64,000 nucleotides of DNA. It comes from Geosiphon pyriformis uo1. Its lineage: Eukaryota > Fungi > Glomeromycota. The notes beneath the pieces were generated by a model. That model did no database searches and was not told where the DNA came from. It worked only from the letters and a program-made list of their open reading frames with translations. This document shows positions 12,865 to 26,651 of this stretch, in pieces. Position 1 is the stretch's first letter, and each line of letters starts with the position of its first letter. Made by a program: the position numbers and the translations under genes. Where the stretch lies: NCBI GenBank assembly GCA_016748015.1, contig JAAOMT010000436.1, forward strand, positions 486,703 through 550,702. Reading direction: 5' to 3'.

Positions 12865-13813
12865 TTATTAAAATTACAAATTAAAAACTGTATCTAGTAT
12901 TATTATTTTTTAATTTAATTTTTTATAATATTGTTTATTTTAAATTTAATTTCATTTAAAATTAAAATTAATTTATTAATAATAATAAAATAATCTAATA
13001 CTATTTTACAAAATAATTTTTTTTACACTTTATATAATATAAATTTGGCTTAATTAACAAATTTTTTTGTTATAATCTAATAATTATAATTAGATTAATA
13101 TTATTTAACCAACCTTAAACAAAATTAAAATAAATTTTTTAATAATCAATTCTATAGTCTTATTTATATTTTTATTAAAAATAAATATTAATTAGATAAA
13201 TTTTTCAAATTTTAAAAAATAGTAACTTTTAAACCTATTTACTTTTAATGATTAATATTTTTATTATAGTATTTTTTCTATTAACTATTAAAAAATTAAT
13301 ATTTAATATATTAAATTTTTTAATAAATACTTTTATTAAAGTTTTTACTATCTTAAAATCAATTTATTTATTTTTTAAAACAATAAATCAATATTATAAT
13401 TTAAAAAAATAAAAAAAAGCTATTTATTTCTCTTTTTTTTAGTTATATTACTATTAAAAACAGATATTAAGTTTACAATAAAAATGTTTATTTTTTATAA
13501 AATTGTTAAAAATAAAACAAATAAAACAAAAAACTTTTTAACAAAAAATAAAAAAATTGATAATTAATAAGAAAAAAAAGTTTTTTATTTTCAATATAAA
13601 ATTTTAATGTTATTTTTATTTTTATATTAATTAATATATAAATCAAAATTGTTAAATAATTTATATTAAACTTTTTTTTAATAAGTTTTTTAATATTTAA
13701 TAATAAGTAAAATATAAATTAAATTTTTAATTATTTTATAAATTATTTTATTATTTAAAAATTTACAATAAATTTTTTCAAAAAAATATAAATTAATATA
13801 TATTATAATAATA

Positions 13814-13912
13814 TTAACACATTTAATGAGTGTAGCCCAATCGCTATCTAGTACATAGAACCAAACTAAGAGGCTCAAACTAAACGCGACTCACGTACTT
13901 TCTACATGTGGC
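13814..13912 (-). mobile_element. 99-bp 5'-truncated LINE 3' UTR, CpG intact
   Basis: Matches 3171-3260 and 23954-24045. Flanked by the direct repeat ATAATAATA (13805-13813, 13913-13921). Confidence 0.85.
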
Positions 13913-15469
13913 ATAATAATAATAATTATTATTATTTTTAATATTTTTTAATATTTTTTATACTTATTATAATTATAAGTTTTTAAATAAAATTAAATAA
14001 ACTATTATTTAAATAGATTTTTTTTTAACAAAAACAAAATTTGTTTAAAAGTAATTTTAAAAATAAAGTTTTTATTTTTTGTTTATATTATTAAAAATTA
14101 ATTTATTAATTTTAAAAATCTTATTATTTATTAAATTAATTAAGTAATTATAATAACAATATTAACAATATTAACAATAATAATAATAATAATAATAATA
14201 GTATTATCAAAATTTATTTTAAAATTTGAAATAAAAATAATACATAAAATTAAAAATAATTAATTTATATGAAATTATTTATTATTAATTTTTTTTAATA
14301 AAAAATAATAAAAAATCAGTTTATAAAAAACAGATTAAATAATAAAATATTAAAACTATTTTTAATTAAATATTTTTGAATAAATTTTATTTTACTTTTA
14401 AAATTTTTTATTATGATAAAAATAGCTTTAATTTTGATAATTTATAAAAAATTTTATTATAATTTATTAAAAACATAATTAATTAAGATTTTAATAAAAT
14501 AAAATAATTAAATATATTTTAAAATTTTTAATTAATTGAATAATTTATCTAAATAAAATTAAAAAATTTGTACAATAATTAAAAAATAGTTGTAAATGAT
14601 TTATTAATTATATATAATTTTTATAAAACTTTTTTAAAATTATTTTTTAATTTATTTTTTAAGATAAAATTAAATAATAACTTTATATATATTTAAAAAT
14701 TTTAAATAAAAGATCAAAATTTATTTATTAAATATTGTAATAATTAAAAAAATAGTTAAGATAATAAACAATATAATTAAAAAATATTCTATAATTAATA
14801 ATATATATTTATTATTAAATTTTAACTTAATAAAAAACAAATTTTAATTTTAATATATATTTATTAAAAAAATTAGATTTTTTGATAAATAATATTACAT
14901 ATTTAATTAATTTAAAACTTATATTAAAATACAAATTTTAAAAATTAAAAATTTTTAAATTTTTAATATTTTTATTAAGTTTTAATATATAAATAATAGA
15001 TTATTGTTGTTGTTATTGTTATTATTATTGCTAAAAATAATAAAATAATAAACTTGTTTAGTATATTTATATATTATAATTACTAAATTTATTTATAGTT
15101 AATTAATTTATGTATTATTTATAGCTAATAATATTTTTAATATATAATAATATTTTATAATTTATTAAAATAAAAAAACAACATAAATAAAAACTTTGTT
15201 CTTAAAAATTTACTTTTTAAATCTATTATTAATAAAAACTTTAAAGAAATTCTTTTTAAATTTTAATTTATTTATATTTTATATTTTATCTGTATTTATT
15301 TATATTATAAAAAAATTTTATAATTGTAATTTGTATAAAATATGTTAAAAAAATTATTTAAACTAATTATTCTAATATATATATATATAATATACCAGTT
15401 TATATTTTTTAAAAAACTTTATAAAAATTTTTTAAACAATAATAAAGTGGTTAATAAAATAATCAAAAT

Positions 15470-18400
15470 TTTTTTTATTTAGCTTAATAAATAAGATCCA
15501 ATTATTATCTAAGAATATATAACATATATGTTTTATAAATTAAATACAACTTATATATTTATTACATATAATCAATTATTTAGACCAATTAAAACAATAC
15601 TATATATTAGTTATAACTAATATATTATCATTCAAATTTGAATAGAATAAATATTACAAATATGTACCAAAATACACACTTTTATTTTTATTTACACTTA
15701 ACAATACTACTGTTCTATTATATAAACTATCAATGTTACTATGCTTATAAAGTATTATGTTATTATTAACAACTAATAAACTATCTTTTTTTAAAATAGC
15801 TCTGTACTTTGATTTGTATTATCAAATTATAAATATGTAAGCCAATACCAAATTTTTTATAAAAATTACAACATATCTATCAGCCAGTCCAGAATTTTTA
15901 AATACAAACAAAGCTTTATAATATTATTGTATAAGTACAAAACTCTTTATTAAAAAGAAATAAAAATTGTTATTATATTTATTAGTAGATAAATTATGTC
16001 AAACAGCAGAAGAAACAATATCAACACTTATTAAAGATGTTTAATATAATTTAAAATTAACCAGAATCTTAACATAAACAATATTATCCAAACAATACTT
16101 AAAAAAATAGTTAAATACTTTAATTTTATTATAAAAAACACATAATATACTAAAATATAACACATTATACAAATATTTTTTAATAATAATTAGCAAATAC
16201 TTATGCAGAGCCTTTATTAAATAAGTTTACAAACTAGCCAAAAAGCAGTTCATGTATTTAAAAGTTATATAAATATTAGAATGTTATATTTTAAACATTT
16301 TTTTCCAATTGATTTTCCAAATATTACAAATTTTAGTTATATTAGAACTTGAATTAATTTCTTATTTAACATGACACAAAGTTTTGTAAAAATTTCTAAC
16401 ATAATACCAACTATTATAGAATAGTATCTTGTCATATGACTTAATAAAAAGCCTACAAATTACAATAAAAAAAACCAATTAGAAACATAAATATTAGAAA
16501 CAAATATATTAGTATATTTATTATTTATGTTGTTAATATAATTTTTGACTTTTATTTAAAATACTAACAAATTCTTCTTCTTTATGAAATTAACAACTTG
16601 CTACTATTCTATTTACAAACAATTTTTAAAATTAGATAAAACCAATTCTAACTCATTTATACAAGTATATATGATAATTTAACTGTTTAAATAAATAATT
16701 ATATTACTTTGCACAAAAATATAAGTAAATACTAAAAAAATAGTTTTAATTTTAGTCAAATTTAACAACATAATATCATATATTCTAATTTTAATATTAA
16801 AATCAGTATTTAAAAAAAAAACAGCAATTTTTCCAATCACTAAAATAAAACCAAAATTTTTAATAGACTTATCTGTATAAATATTAAACATATTTAAACT
16901 AGAATTTAATACTTTTTTTGTATAACCAATTGAGTTATTATTATTAATACTAAACAAATACATATAATTCAGTTAGAATTAATTACAAATAACAATTATT
17001 TTGTTTTTTAAAAATTAAATAGCTAATTTAAATTACTTAGAAACAGAATTTTTTAAATTTAAATATTTTTAATACTTAAAACACTTTCAATTAAAACAGT
17101 AGTTATTTTTGTCCAGCAATTGCTTTACAAAAACAACATTAAAATGCTTTAAAAACTGGACAATCTCCAAAAAAATTATATTTTCAAGAATATTAAACAT
17201 TGGTATTTTATCAAAAAAACAAAATATATTTAGTAAAGCAGCAGAAAAAAACAATTTACAAAAGAAAAAAATTTTTATAATTCTAACTAAAAAGTTATTC
17301 TTAGAACTAATGTTTAATTTTATAAAATAATATAAAAAATATACTGGTAATTATTCAAAAATCTGTAAATCTAGCAATAAACAAAAAATGCTTTAAAATA
17401 TTAATAATATTTGTAAAACTTATTATTAAAGACATTTTCTCTTTAGTTTATACTTATTTAAAACTTTTTAAGTTATAAAAAAACAGATAATACAAAACAT
17501 TAGTAAAAAAATCACATAAAAAATTCATCTTAATTTTAAGCTCTTTTTAACTAATATATTTTACTTAGAGCAAACATTATTCAAAACAAAACTATATTAT
17601 ATTCTATATTTAATAATAAATTATAAAATTAACAAAACCAAATAACAAAACTGTTTATTAGAAATGATTTTATGTAATACTATATTGAAAAAAATTTAAC
17701 ATCTAATTATGTCTTGGCCAAACTAGATTTTAAAAATTTTTTAGTTGAAAAATAATGCCCAAATAGCAATAAGATTTGTTTATTTTAGTCATAGTAATTG
17801 ATAAGTTATTAATAAGCAAAAAAGTTTTTTCAATCTTTTGGTTAATAAAAATGGTTACAGTTTTATTATTGTTGATAAAAATATTATTAAAATCAAAAAA
17901 CTTACTTGTTATTTTAGAATGTACTATGTTATAAAAAAACTGTTACTTATTTAAATTGTATTATCTATAAAAACACTAATAGCAAAATATAAAAACATTC
18001 TAATTAGGTTTCTATTTGGTTTAAATTAGCTATGAACTTAGAATTTATTTTATATTTACACAAATGTTTATGTCTCTTGATTTTACATAAAAAATATTCA
18101 TAAAAAATATTTTAGAACAGAAAAAAAAATACTTCACTCTAATTTAATTTATTATACATAATATAATCATTAGAAAATTCAAAATTTGTCATCATTTAAT
18201 TAATTTAATCATTGTAAATACTCTTAAAAAAACTAATAAAGCATAAACACATCTTAATTCTAATTATACAGTTATGCAAATGCTATTAGTTAACAAAATT
18301 ATAAGTTTTATACATATTTTGTAAAACCAGTTACAGTTTTTTACTTTTTTTTAGGGCATTTTTTATAATAGAACCAATAGCAAAAACCGGAATTTGTATT

Positions 18401-21400
18401 AATATACTCTTTAAAACTAAGAAATTATCTTTATAGAGAACATTAAAACTGTTATAAGCAAAAAATATTTGGTTTGAAATAATTTTGAACAAGATTTTTT
18501 TAGCTATTTTAATTAACATAATAGATTTAATATTTATTAGTATTCTACTCTAATTATATAACTTCAGAATTATTGAAACCCAAATCTTTCTTTAAAAAAC
18601 AGACATTAAATTAAAGATCAAACATAAGTTCAAAACAACTAAGAAACAACATAATACTTTATTACTATAATGTTTTCAAAACTTATTAAATATATTAAAC
18701 AATCTAACAATTTTGTTATTTGGTAGATCTTTAATTATTTAAACTAGCTCTTTTATATTAATTTTATTTATAATATCAAAAAAATATTATCTTTTATATA
18801 GTTTAGTAAAGAATATTAATAAAACCAAAACTTAAACAATATTTTAGAAATCTAATACTTTTTAGTTCAATTTTTTATAATACTATTCACTTTAGATTTA
18901 ACTTTACCAAGTTTTAAAACCAGCTTTTTACTAACTATCAGATAATCTAAGACAATTTTTTTAAAAAAACACTTTAGTATATTCTTAATTATTTGGTCTT
19001 TGTCTGTGCAAAAATTTTCTATTTGTTTTTAAATTATTTTTTTAATTTCTATTGCTTTAACAGTCTTAAATTTTTAAAGCTTGACAGTATAATAATTTTT
19101 TTTGGCATTTAACAGATATTAAACAATTTTTTTTGATTTTATTATAAGTTTATTCAAAGAAAAAATTTTAGTAGCACTAGATTTATTAAATCTAAACCAA
19201 ATTTGAATAAGATTATTAAACCTAATAGTATTATTCAAAGCAAAAAACTTAAAGATCTTGGAAATCAAAACTTTTAATTTATAAAATTTAAATAATTGCT
19301 TATTTTTTAATCTATTAATTTTATTGAATTAATACTTAAAAAACATTTTCTTAGCTAATCTTACTATTATATCTTTAAAAAAATCTTATATTAAGTTCAA
19401 ATTCTTTGTTTTTTTTTGTTTTACAAAAATTTTTCAATATTAAAAACATCTATAAAAACAAAATATTCTTAAAACAAGTTTATTTTTTTACCAGTTTTTT
19501 TGAATCCAAATTTTTATCAATTTTTGTTTGCATGCTTGTAAACAAAAATAAAATGTCTGTTCACAAGACTTTCCAATTCAAGAAAAATTGAAACAGTCTA
19601 ATAATTAATATTAAAATACTTAAACACATTAAAAACTCTATAATTTACTATTACTAATAAAAAATATTTACTAATTAATATAAAATTAATAGTTTTTTTA
19701 ATGCTTTTTAAATTATTTCAAGTTAAAAATTTGGTCAAAAAACTTTTAAAGAGAGAATTATATAAACTTATATTAATGTATTTTTTAAAACTGGCACTTT
19801 ATTTTATCTTATTTTTATTAAAATTATTTCTTAATACTATATAAATATTGAAGTTAATTGCTTTTTCAACAAAAAAGTTTATAACATCTATCTAATTATG
19901 TTTTTTACTTGTCAAAACATTAGCATAAAGTTCCAAAACTACCACTAAAATATTGTTGCTAAATAACAAATAAACAGACAAAAATTGGTCAAAAATTTTA
20001 AAGATTATATATATATATTGAATAAAAGTATTATTTAAAATTATTATTACATTTAAATTTAAATAACCAAATTTCAAACCAAAAATATAGACTTTCATAT
20101 CTAAAAACTTGTTTTTAATTTAAAGTTTGTTTTTTTAACTTTGTTTCAGAAATAATAAAGACCAAATTGTCAGAATTTTTATATTATCTAATAATATTTA
20201 TTTATTTAGTCATATTATTCATTTTTTTAATATTGTATATTGCAAATTTTCAAATAAAATTAGTTATTAAGATGAAAAAAATACTGAAAAACTCATAATT
20301 AATCTAACTTTTTTAAAACTGAGTTAATAAAAATCTTAAAAACAACTATTTTTAATTTTAGTCTATTTACTTTGATTATTAAAACTTTAAAACTATTTAA
20401 ACTCAAATCTGAAATCTTAGGTATTATTAATAATAATAAAAACAACTCTTAAGACTTATTTACAACTATATTCAAATCCAAACTTGAATCTATTATTATT
20501 AAGACAGTTGAAACAGAAAGTTAAAAAGTAGAAATTAGAAATACCAAAATCACATTATTTAGTTTGTATACAATATCAGATATTTAGTCAGTTAGTAACT
20601 TTAATAAATATTTTAATAAAGCCAAATAAGTTTTAAAAAATAAAACATCTTGTAAAAAACATAGAATTTTATTATTATATAGATACCAAAAAAAAAAGCC
20701 AAAACTAGAACCAGAAAAAACATTAATAAGAATAAAAGTCAATAAAATCACCTAAATTTAAGACTTGTTACCAAAAACAACAGAATGTAAGATAAGAACA
20801 CTTTTTTTAATATATAATTTAATTAACTAAAGACAGTTTTTTTTTTAATACAAACTTTTTATATACTCTTAAAAAAAAAGAAAATAATATATCTAATGTA
20901 TTATATTCCAAAGCAGAATGTTTAAAGTTTTTACATTTTTTATATTAAATTAAATCTAACTTAGTTCAAAAAAGTTTAATATTACCTAAAATCGGCTTAG
21001 TATAAAAAATTAACTCTAATTTTTTTTTAATCCAAAGCCAATCATAGTATAATGAACTTTATTATTATTTTCAAATAATTAATTGATGATACAAGTTTTT
21101 TTGCCAACTTTTTTTAGTAAAATATTAAAATAATAAACTATTATTTTTATAGACAAAGTAAATAAAAGTGCTCTAAAATGATTTTTAAATATCTAAACAT
21201 TATAATTTTTTATAGTTTTGGTTATACATATTGAATTTTTTTCTAATTAAGAACAACTATTTAAATGTTAACCAATCTACTTGGTTTATTTTGGCAAATT
21301 CTATTATAGTCTTCTACTATAGTTTAATTAGTTATAATTAAATTAACACAATTTGTCTAAACTTAATTACTGCAATGATAATTATATTTTTAAGTGTGTT

Positions 21401-22237
21401 TATGAAAATTTTTTTAATTATCACAGCTTAATTTAAACAGAAATCTTGTTTTTTAAGATTATAGTTTACTTTAATGTTCTTTTTTTAGCTAATAATATAG
21501 TTTTTACTATGTTTTTCTTTAATGTAAATATAAATTTAATAATTTTTTTAAATTTTAAAGGAGTAGTAATCTTCTTAAAACTATTAACTATTGAAAAAAT
21601 TGTTCTAATTGTCTAAGTTTTTGCAGTTGCTAATTTGTCTTTTACTGTTAAAAGATTGATATTTAATACAAAAAATTTTTTAACTGCTATTTTTATCTGA
21701 ATTTTAATAATTTTAAAATTAATCTATTTTTTGTTTAAAGAAATATTAAGAAAAAATAGAAAATATCTAATATTTTTTTCTATTTTGAAATTAAGTAAAT
21801 TAAAAAAAAATCACAATCTATATAAGTATTTACTCTTTTAGTTTTAAAAGTAACAGCAGCTGAATTCAAAAAAATTTACTATTAATATCAGCCATAATAT
21901 TATTGTCTTTATTATTATTAAATTTATTATTTATATTTAAATATATACTAATACTAAGACCAAACTTGACTAAAAAAATATTTTTCTTGTTATTAGAGTA
22001 TTTGACATTACCAAAAATAATCTTTTTTTTTTGAAAGAAAAAACTATTAACAAGATTATAAAAAGTCTTTTGTGTATTTTTTTTAAACATGTTATTACTT
22101 AAAGCAGCTTTTAAGTCTATAATAAAAAGATTATTAGCTTAAAAAATATTGAATAAAAACAACAAAAAACAAAAAACTTCTTTTTTTAAAAATTATGTTC
22201 TTTAAAAAATTTTAGATATAAGAAAAAAAAAAGTTTT
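15470..22237 (-). mobile_element. Full-length but heavily AT-shifted LINE (same superfamily)
   Basis: 3' UTR remnant at ~15480-15600. RNase H remnant IYTDKS (16679..16963). RT remnant NFLVLKS...PVFAIGSIIKNAL (18331..18519). ORF1 remnants to ~22100. 5' end AAAAAAAGTTTT at ~22225-22237. Confidence 0.85.
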
Positions 22238-24070
22238 ATCAAAAATTCAATATATATTTTATTTAATTAAAATAATTATATAAAAAATTAAATTAATTAT
22301 TATAAATAAATTTTATAAAAATAAAAAATTTAAAAATATAATTTCTATATTATTAATTTAAAAGTATTTATTAAATTTTATAATTTAGTATTTTTAATAT
22401 AAAAATATAAACAACTTATTATTATTATTAATTAAATTTATATTTGTTTTTAATTTATATTTACTTATTATTTATTTACTCTATATTATTTATTTGTTTT
22501 TTATATTGTATTAATAGTTAAATATTTAAAAAGTTATGTTTATTAAGAATAAAAACTTAAAAAATATTTTTTTAATATATATATTATATAAAATATTAAA
22601 ATACTTGAGTATAAAATTATAATACAATTTGTTAAATATAAAAACATATAAAAATTTTATCAAAAAATTTAATTAATATAAATTGATAAAATAAATTATT
22701 AATTACATATTTTATAATTAATAAATTTTAATTAATTTATTTTTCTAATATAATTTATTATAATTTAAATTTGGATAATATCTTATAATATATATTTAAT
22801 ATTAAAAAAACACAAATTAAAGATCTTAAATTATTTAAAAAAATAACAAAAGTAAAAACAATAATAATAATAATAAAATTAAATAAAAATATATATAAAA
22901 TAATTTTATATATTTTTACTAATAATATTTATAATTTTGCTATATTATTATGAGAATTAATAATAAGAAAATCTTTTTTTTATAATTATTCTTATAATTA
23001 TTTTCTTATAATGAATATTTTAAATAGTTAAAAACCTAAAATTATTTTTTTATTTATTTTATTTTCAATTATTAAAATAATAAAAAAATATTAAAATGTT
23101 AATTTTAAAAATTGTTTTACTGCTAAAAAATTTACAAAAAAATCAAGTAAATTTTCAAATTTTTCGTACAATAAAATCAGATTTTTATATTTAGAAAAAT
23201 ATTTATTTAAAATATTAAAAAATAACTTGATAATAAATTATTTAATAATAATTAATATTCATTTAAAAACAATTTATACAAATCATTTTTTAACTATGCA
23301 AATTATCTATTTTTATATTAAATTATTATTGATTTAATTATTATATAATATATTTAAAAAAATTTCTTAATTTACTTTTTAAAAATAAAAAATTACCATA
23401 AAAAAAGTTAAAATATAATTATATACTTTATATTAAATTTTTTTATTAATTATTTTTATCATATTTATTTTAATATATTAATTTAAAAATAATATATTTT
23501 TCAGACTTAAAATTTTATAATATTTGGAATTTTAATAATAAAAAATGTATTTTAAAATTAAGTTAAATAATTAAATACATTAATTAAACTTAAAACTTTA
23601 ATAAATAAAAGTTAAATTATAATAAAAAAATTTGATTAAATCTTTTAAATAATAAAATACATTTAATTTTAAATATTCAATAATTAAATTTTATATAAAA
23701 ATTTGTTATTTTTCTTAAATAATTATGTAATATTTAAAGCATATTGTAACAAAATTAGACAAAATAAACATTTGATATCACTTATCTAATTTTATTTTTT
23801 GTTTGTAACTTGTTAAAATATATTATAAAAAAATACAGTTTTATTTTTGTCAGATTTATTGATAAATACTAATAATTTTAATAATAGATAATATTACTGT
23901 TTTTTTTATTTTTTGTCTATAATTTTGTCTTATAATTTTTTTTTTTTTATCACATTTATTGAGTGAAGTCCAAATGCAAACTAGTACAATACATCAATAT
24001 ATGATCTAAACTAGGTGCAAATCATGTATTTTCCATACGTGACTAGTTACTCGAGCCAATCAGAATGACA

Positions 24071-24979
24071 CTACACCCCTATATAAACAGAAGTCTTATT
24101 TTTAATACCCGAGAAGAACAAACAACATTTACAATACCCAAAACCAACACCAAAAGCATCAGCAATTCCTAACAACCTAACAACACTAGCCGAAAGCACA
24201 GAGGAAAAACCAGATATAGCTACAGGAACAGAACCATCACGTGGAATCAACCTACTCTTCTCCATAAAAGCTCGGTGTTTAGCTCACGCTAACCAGATAT
24301 TATCCCAGAATACAAGACAGAAATCACGCACAAAAGCCACAATATTCTGGACTGCAACCTTAGAATTCTTGAAGACGGAAACAGATTCATGATACCACTT
24401 ACAAAAAACAAAGCCTTTACATAGAGCTGTACCAACAATAACATTAGAGAAGTGAGTAGACAGCAACTGTAAAACACAAGAGGAAGACCAAAATAACCCT
24501 GAGTGTGATTCCCAAATAGAAGCATGAACATCCGCCAGGTGAGCGTGACCAGCAGCATTAGATGGACAAGAAAAAACATGGTCTGAGATCTCAACATTTC
24601 CACAGAACAAACACGCAACACTGGAATAACACCTGTTATAAATATGCTTATGCACAGCTACCAGAAGGCGATGGTACAAAGCCTTTATAAAATATGTCTG
24701 AAAACCAGCAGTCCGAGCACTAGTAAAACCAGTAATTAGGTAGAAGTCCAGATGTCACACCAAAGAAGATTTGGACCAGTCAATGTTAGCACACAGCCTA
24801 TCTATCATGACCCTGGAACCAGAACCAATCTCCCAACGTGCACGGTGAACAGAATGGAAAATGTCACGAACAAAATGTCTTGAATTACCAGAAACCACAG
24901 AGCCATCAGCCCTCAAAAAATGTTCACTGACCACATGGAGTAGCTGCCAAAAGAAGGAAGCGGCTATCCTAGCAAATGC
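24071..24979 (-). pseudogene. LINE ORF2, 3' part: end of RNase H and CCHC C-terminus
   Basis: Continues A-F-A-R-I-A-A after the Gypsy insertion; CLFCGNVEISDHVFSC; stop at 24071-24073. Confidence 0.92.
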
Positions 24980-25963
24980 TATTACCAGAGGTTTTTGGTC
25001 TCTTCTTAGCTCTTGTATGTTTGTTGTAATGCTGTTAATTCACGACTATAGGAAGTGTTTGAACCTCTGATAACTGAATTTTATCTTCAAATTATCTCCT
25101 ATAATTTGAACTGCTGGACTTATAAGTGGAATGGCCAATTCCATGCCAGTTGCTTTGTGTAGTTACATTGTAGTAAATGTCAACTCTTTCCCAGGAATTG
25201 CTTATCTGGAAGCTCATTAAAAATGTGTAGTTATTTTGCTGTGAAAGTCAATTCTTCTACAGAAATTTCGTCTGTAGGTTACCCTAATGATTATAATAAG
25301 AAAATAAAAATAAAAAAATAAAAAAATGTAAAAGAAAATTGAATTCTGTTTTAAGGAAATTGTTTTCAATCCAGGCCTGGAGTCATTAACAGTTTTATTG
25401 AAATTGGTAGCTAATCAATTCCAAAATGTTAGTTGGGTTTTGAAAATTTTTCCAAATGCAATAATTTAAAGAATTTGGTTTTTTGAATTTATTTGATTTT
25501 TATTTTGTTTTTGTGTGTAAAAGATGATTCTAATTGTTAAATCTAAAACAAGATACATTTTCTCAAAGAAAGAAGCCTTTCTTTTATACAATTTGTCATA
25601 ACACTATTTTATGAACTTGAACTTTGCTCTTTTCTACAATTTCACTGAACTAAAGATACATTTCGGCAAACTACAAGTTATTTTTGCGAATTATTAGATA
25701 TTTTGGTGAACTATCAATTATTTCGGCAAATTTCTCCCAATTTCGGCAAACTTTTTGAATGTTACATAGTTCAGGGTATTGCATGATTGATCATCACAAT
25801 TATTTTTATGTTATGTGCAAATTGGATTATTAATTAAATGATAATTTCAGACATTTTACTAATATAATAAGTGATAATTTGAATGATAATATATGCTAAT
25901 TAATGATAGGAGTTATAAAAATAATTTCATGCTAAATATTATCTCCAATTTCATCTGGTAACA
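24980..25963 (-). repeat. 3' LTR
   Basis: Direct repeat of 33857-34845; element-strand termini TGTTACC...GGTAATA. Confidence 0.97.
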
Positions 25964-26651
25964 TAACCTCCTCCTTAAGACTGAGCTTTATCAAAGTCCA
26001 AGTACTGTCTGTAATTTCCAGATAATAATCCAAAATTATTGAAAAAATTTGGTCTGAAAATTGTTAAAATTTCAGTTCTGTAAGCTTTCCAATGTATTGA
26101 ATCTTCAAAGGTTGTAAAATTGGGTTTTATAGGACGTTTTCACAGGTGTGAAATAAGTCATAAAGTCTAAGAGCAGCTTTTAGTTTATAATGACTTTTTG
26201 TAAATCCAGCTGTTGTCTTGAATTCATTGTGGAGTTGTTTCCGAATAGCTTCTTTTGTGAGGTTTGCTGCTGTAAGCTCCCGTTTTCATTCATGAAGTGT
26301 TTTTCTAATGTAAAAATATCTATATATTGGAGTATAGTTGTAGTTTTCTTCATTAAGACACAGTTGAAGTTTTTGTTGAATAGTAGCATTTGGTGGAATA
26401 CTAATAGAAATGAGCATAAAGTTTTCTCTTAAAGCAAGCTTTAAAAGTTCTGGCAGATGAATTCCAGAATAACTTCTTGTGTTCTTTTTATATGGGTAAT
26501 ATTTTTGTGAATTTGGGGCTAAATTTGTAACTATTTTTGTTTGGGTATAATTAATGTGGTTTCCAGTGATAGTAATGGATAATTCGGATATTGTTTTTAA
26601 AGCTAACATTAGTTTTTGGGATAATTGTTGAATGTTTTGAGGAATAGTCAT
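25932..26651 (-). pseudogene. Gypsy ORF3 of unknown function (240 codons including the stop, three internal stops)
   Basis: ATG at 26651. The same frame continues through TGA/TAA/TAA to TAG 25932-25934, running through the PPT into the 3' LTR. Confidence 0.6.
25967..25976 (-). promoter_or_regulatory. Polypurine tract AAGGAGGAGG
   Basis: Purine run 3 nt upstream of the 3' LTR on the element strand. Confidence 0.85.

Noticed and set aside
12870-15470. Mitochondrial or endobacterial insertion suggested by extreme AT content
   Set aside because: No rRNA, tRNA or organellar ORF remnants. Neighbouring AT-rich DNA is demonstrably mutated TE.
25639-25753. CRISPR-like repeat-spacer array
   Set aside because: The 13-bp repeats and 7-8-bp spacers are far too short, sit inside a eukaryotic LTR, and there are no cas genes.
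25932-26651. env gene call for ORF3
   Set aside because: No signal peptide, furin site with fusion peptide, or transmembrane anchor is visible.
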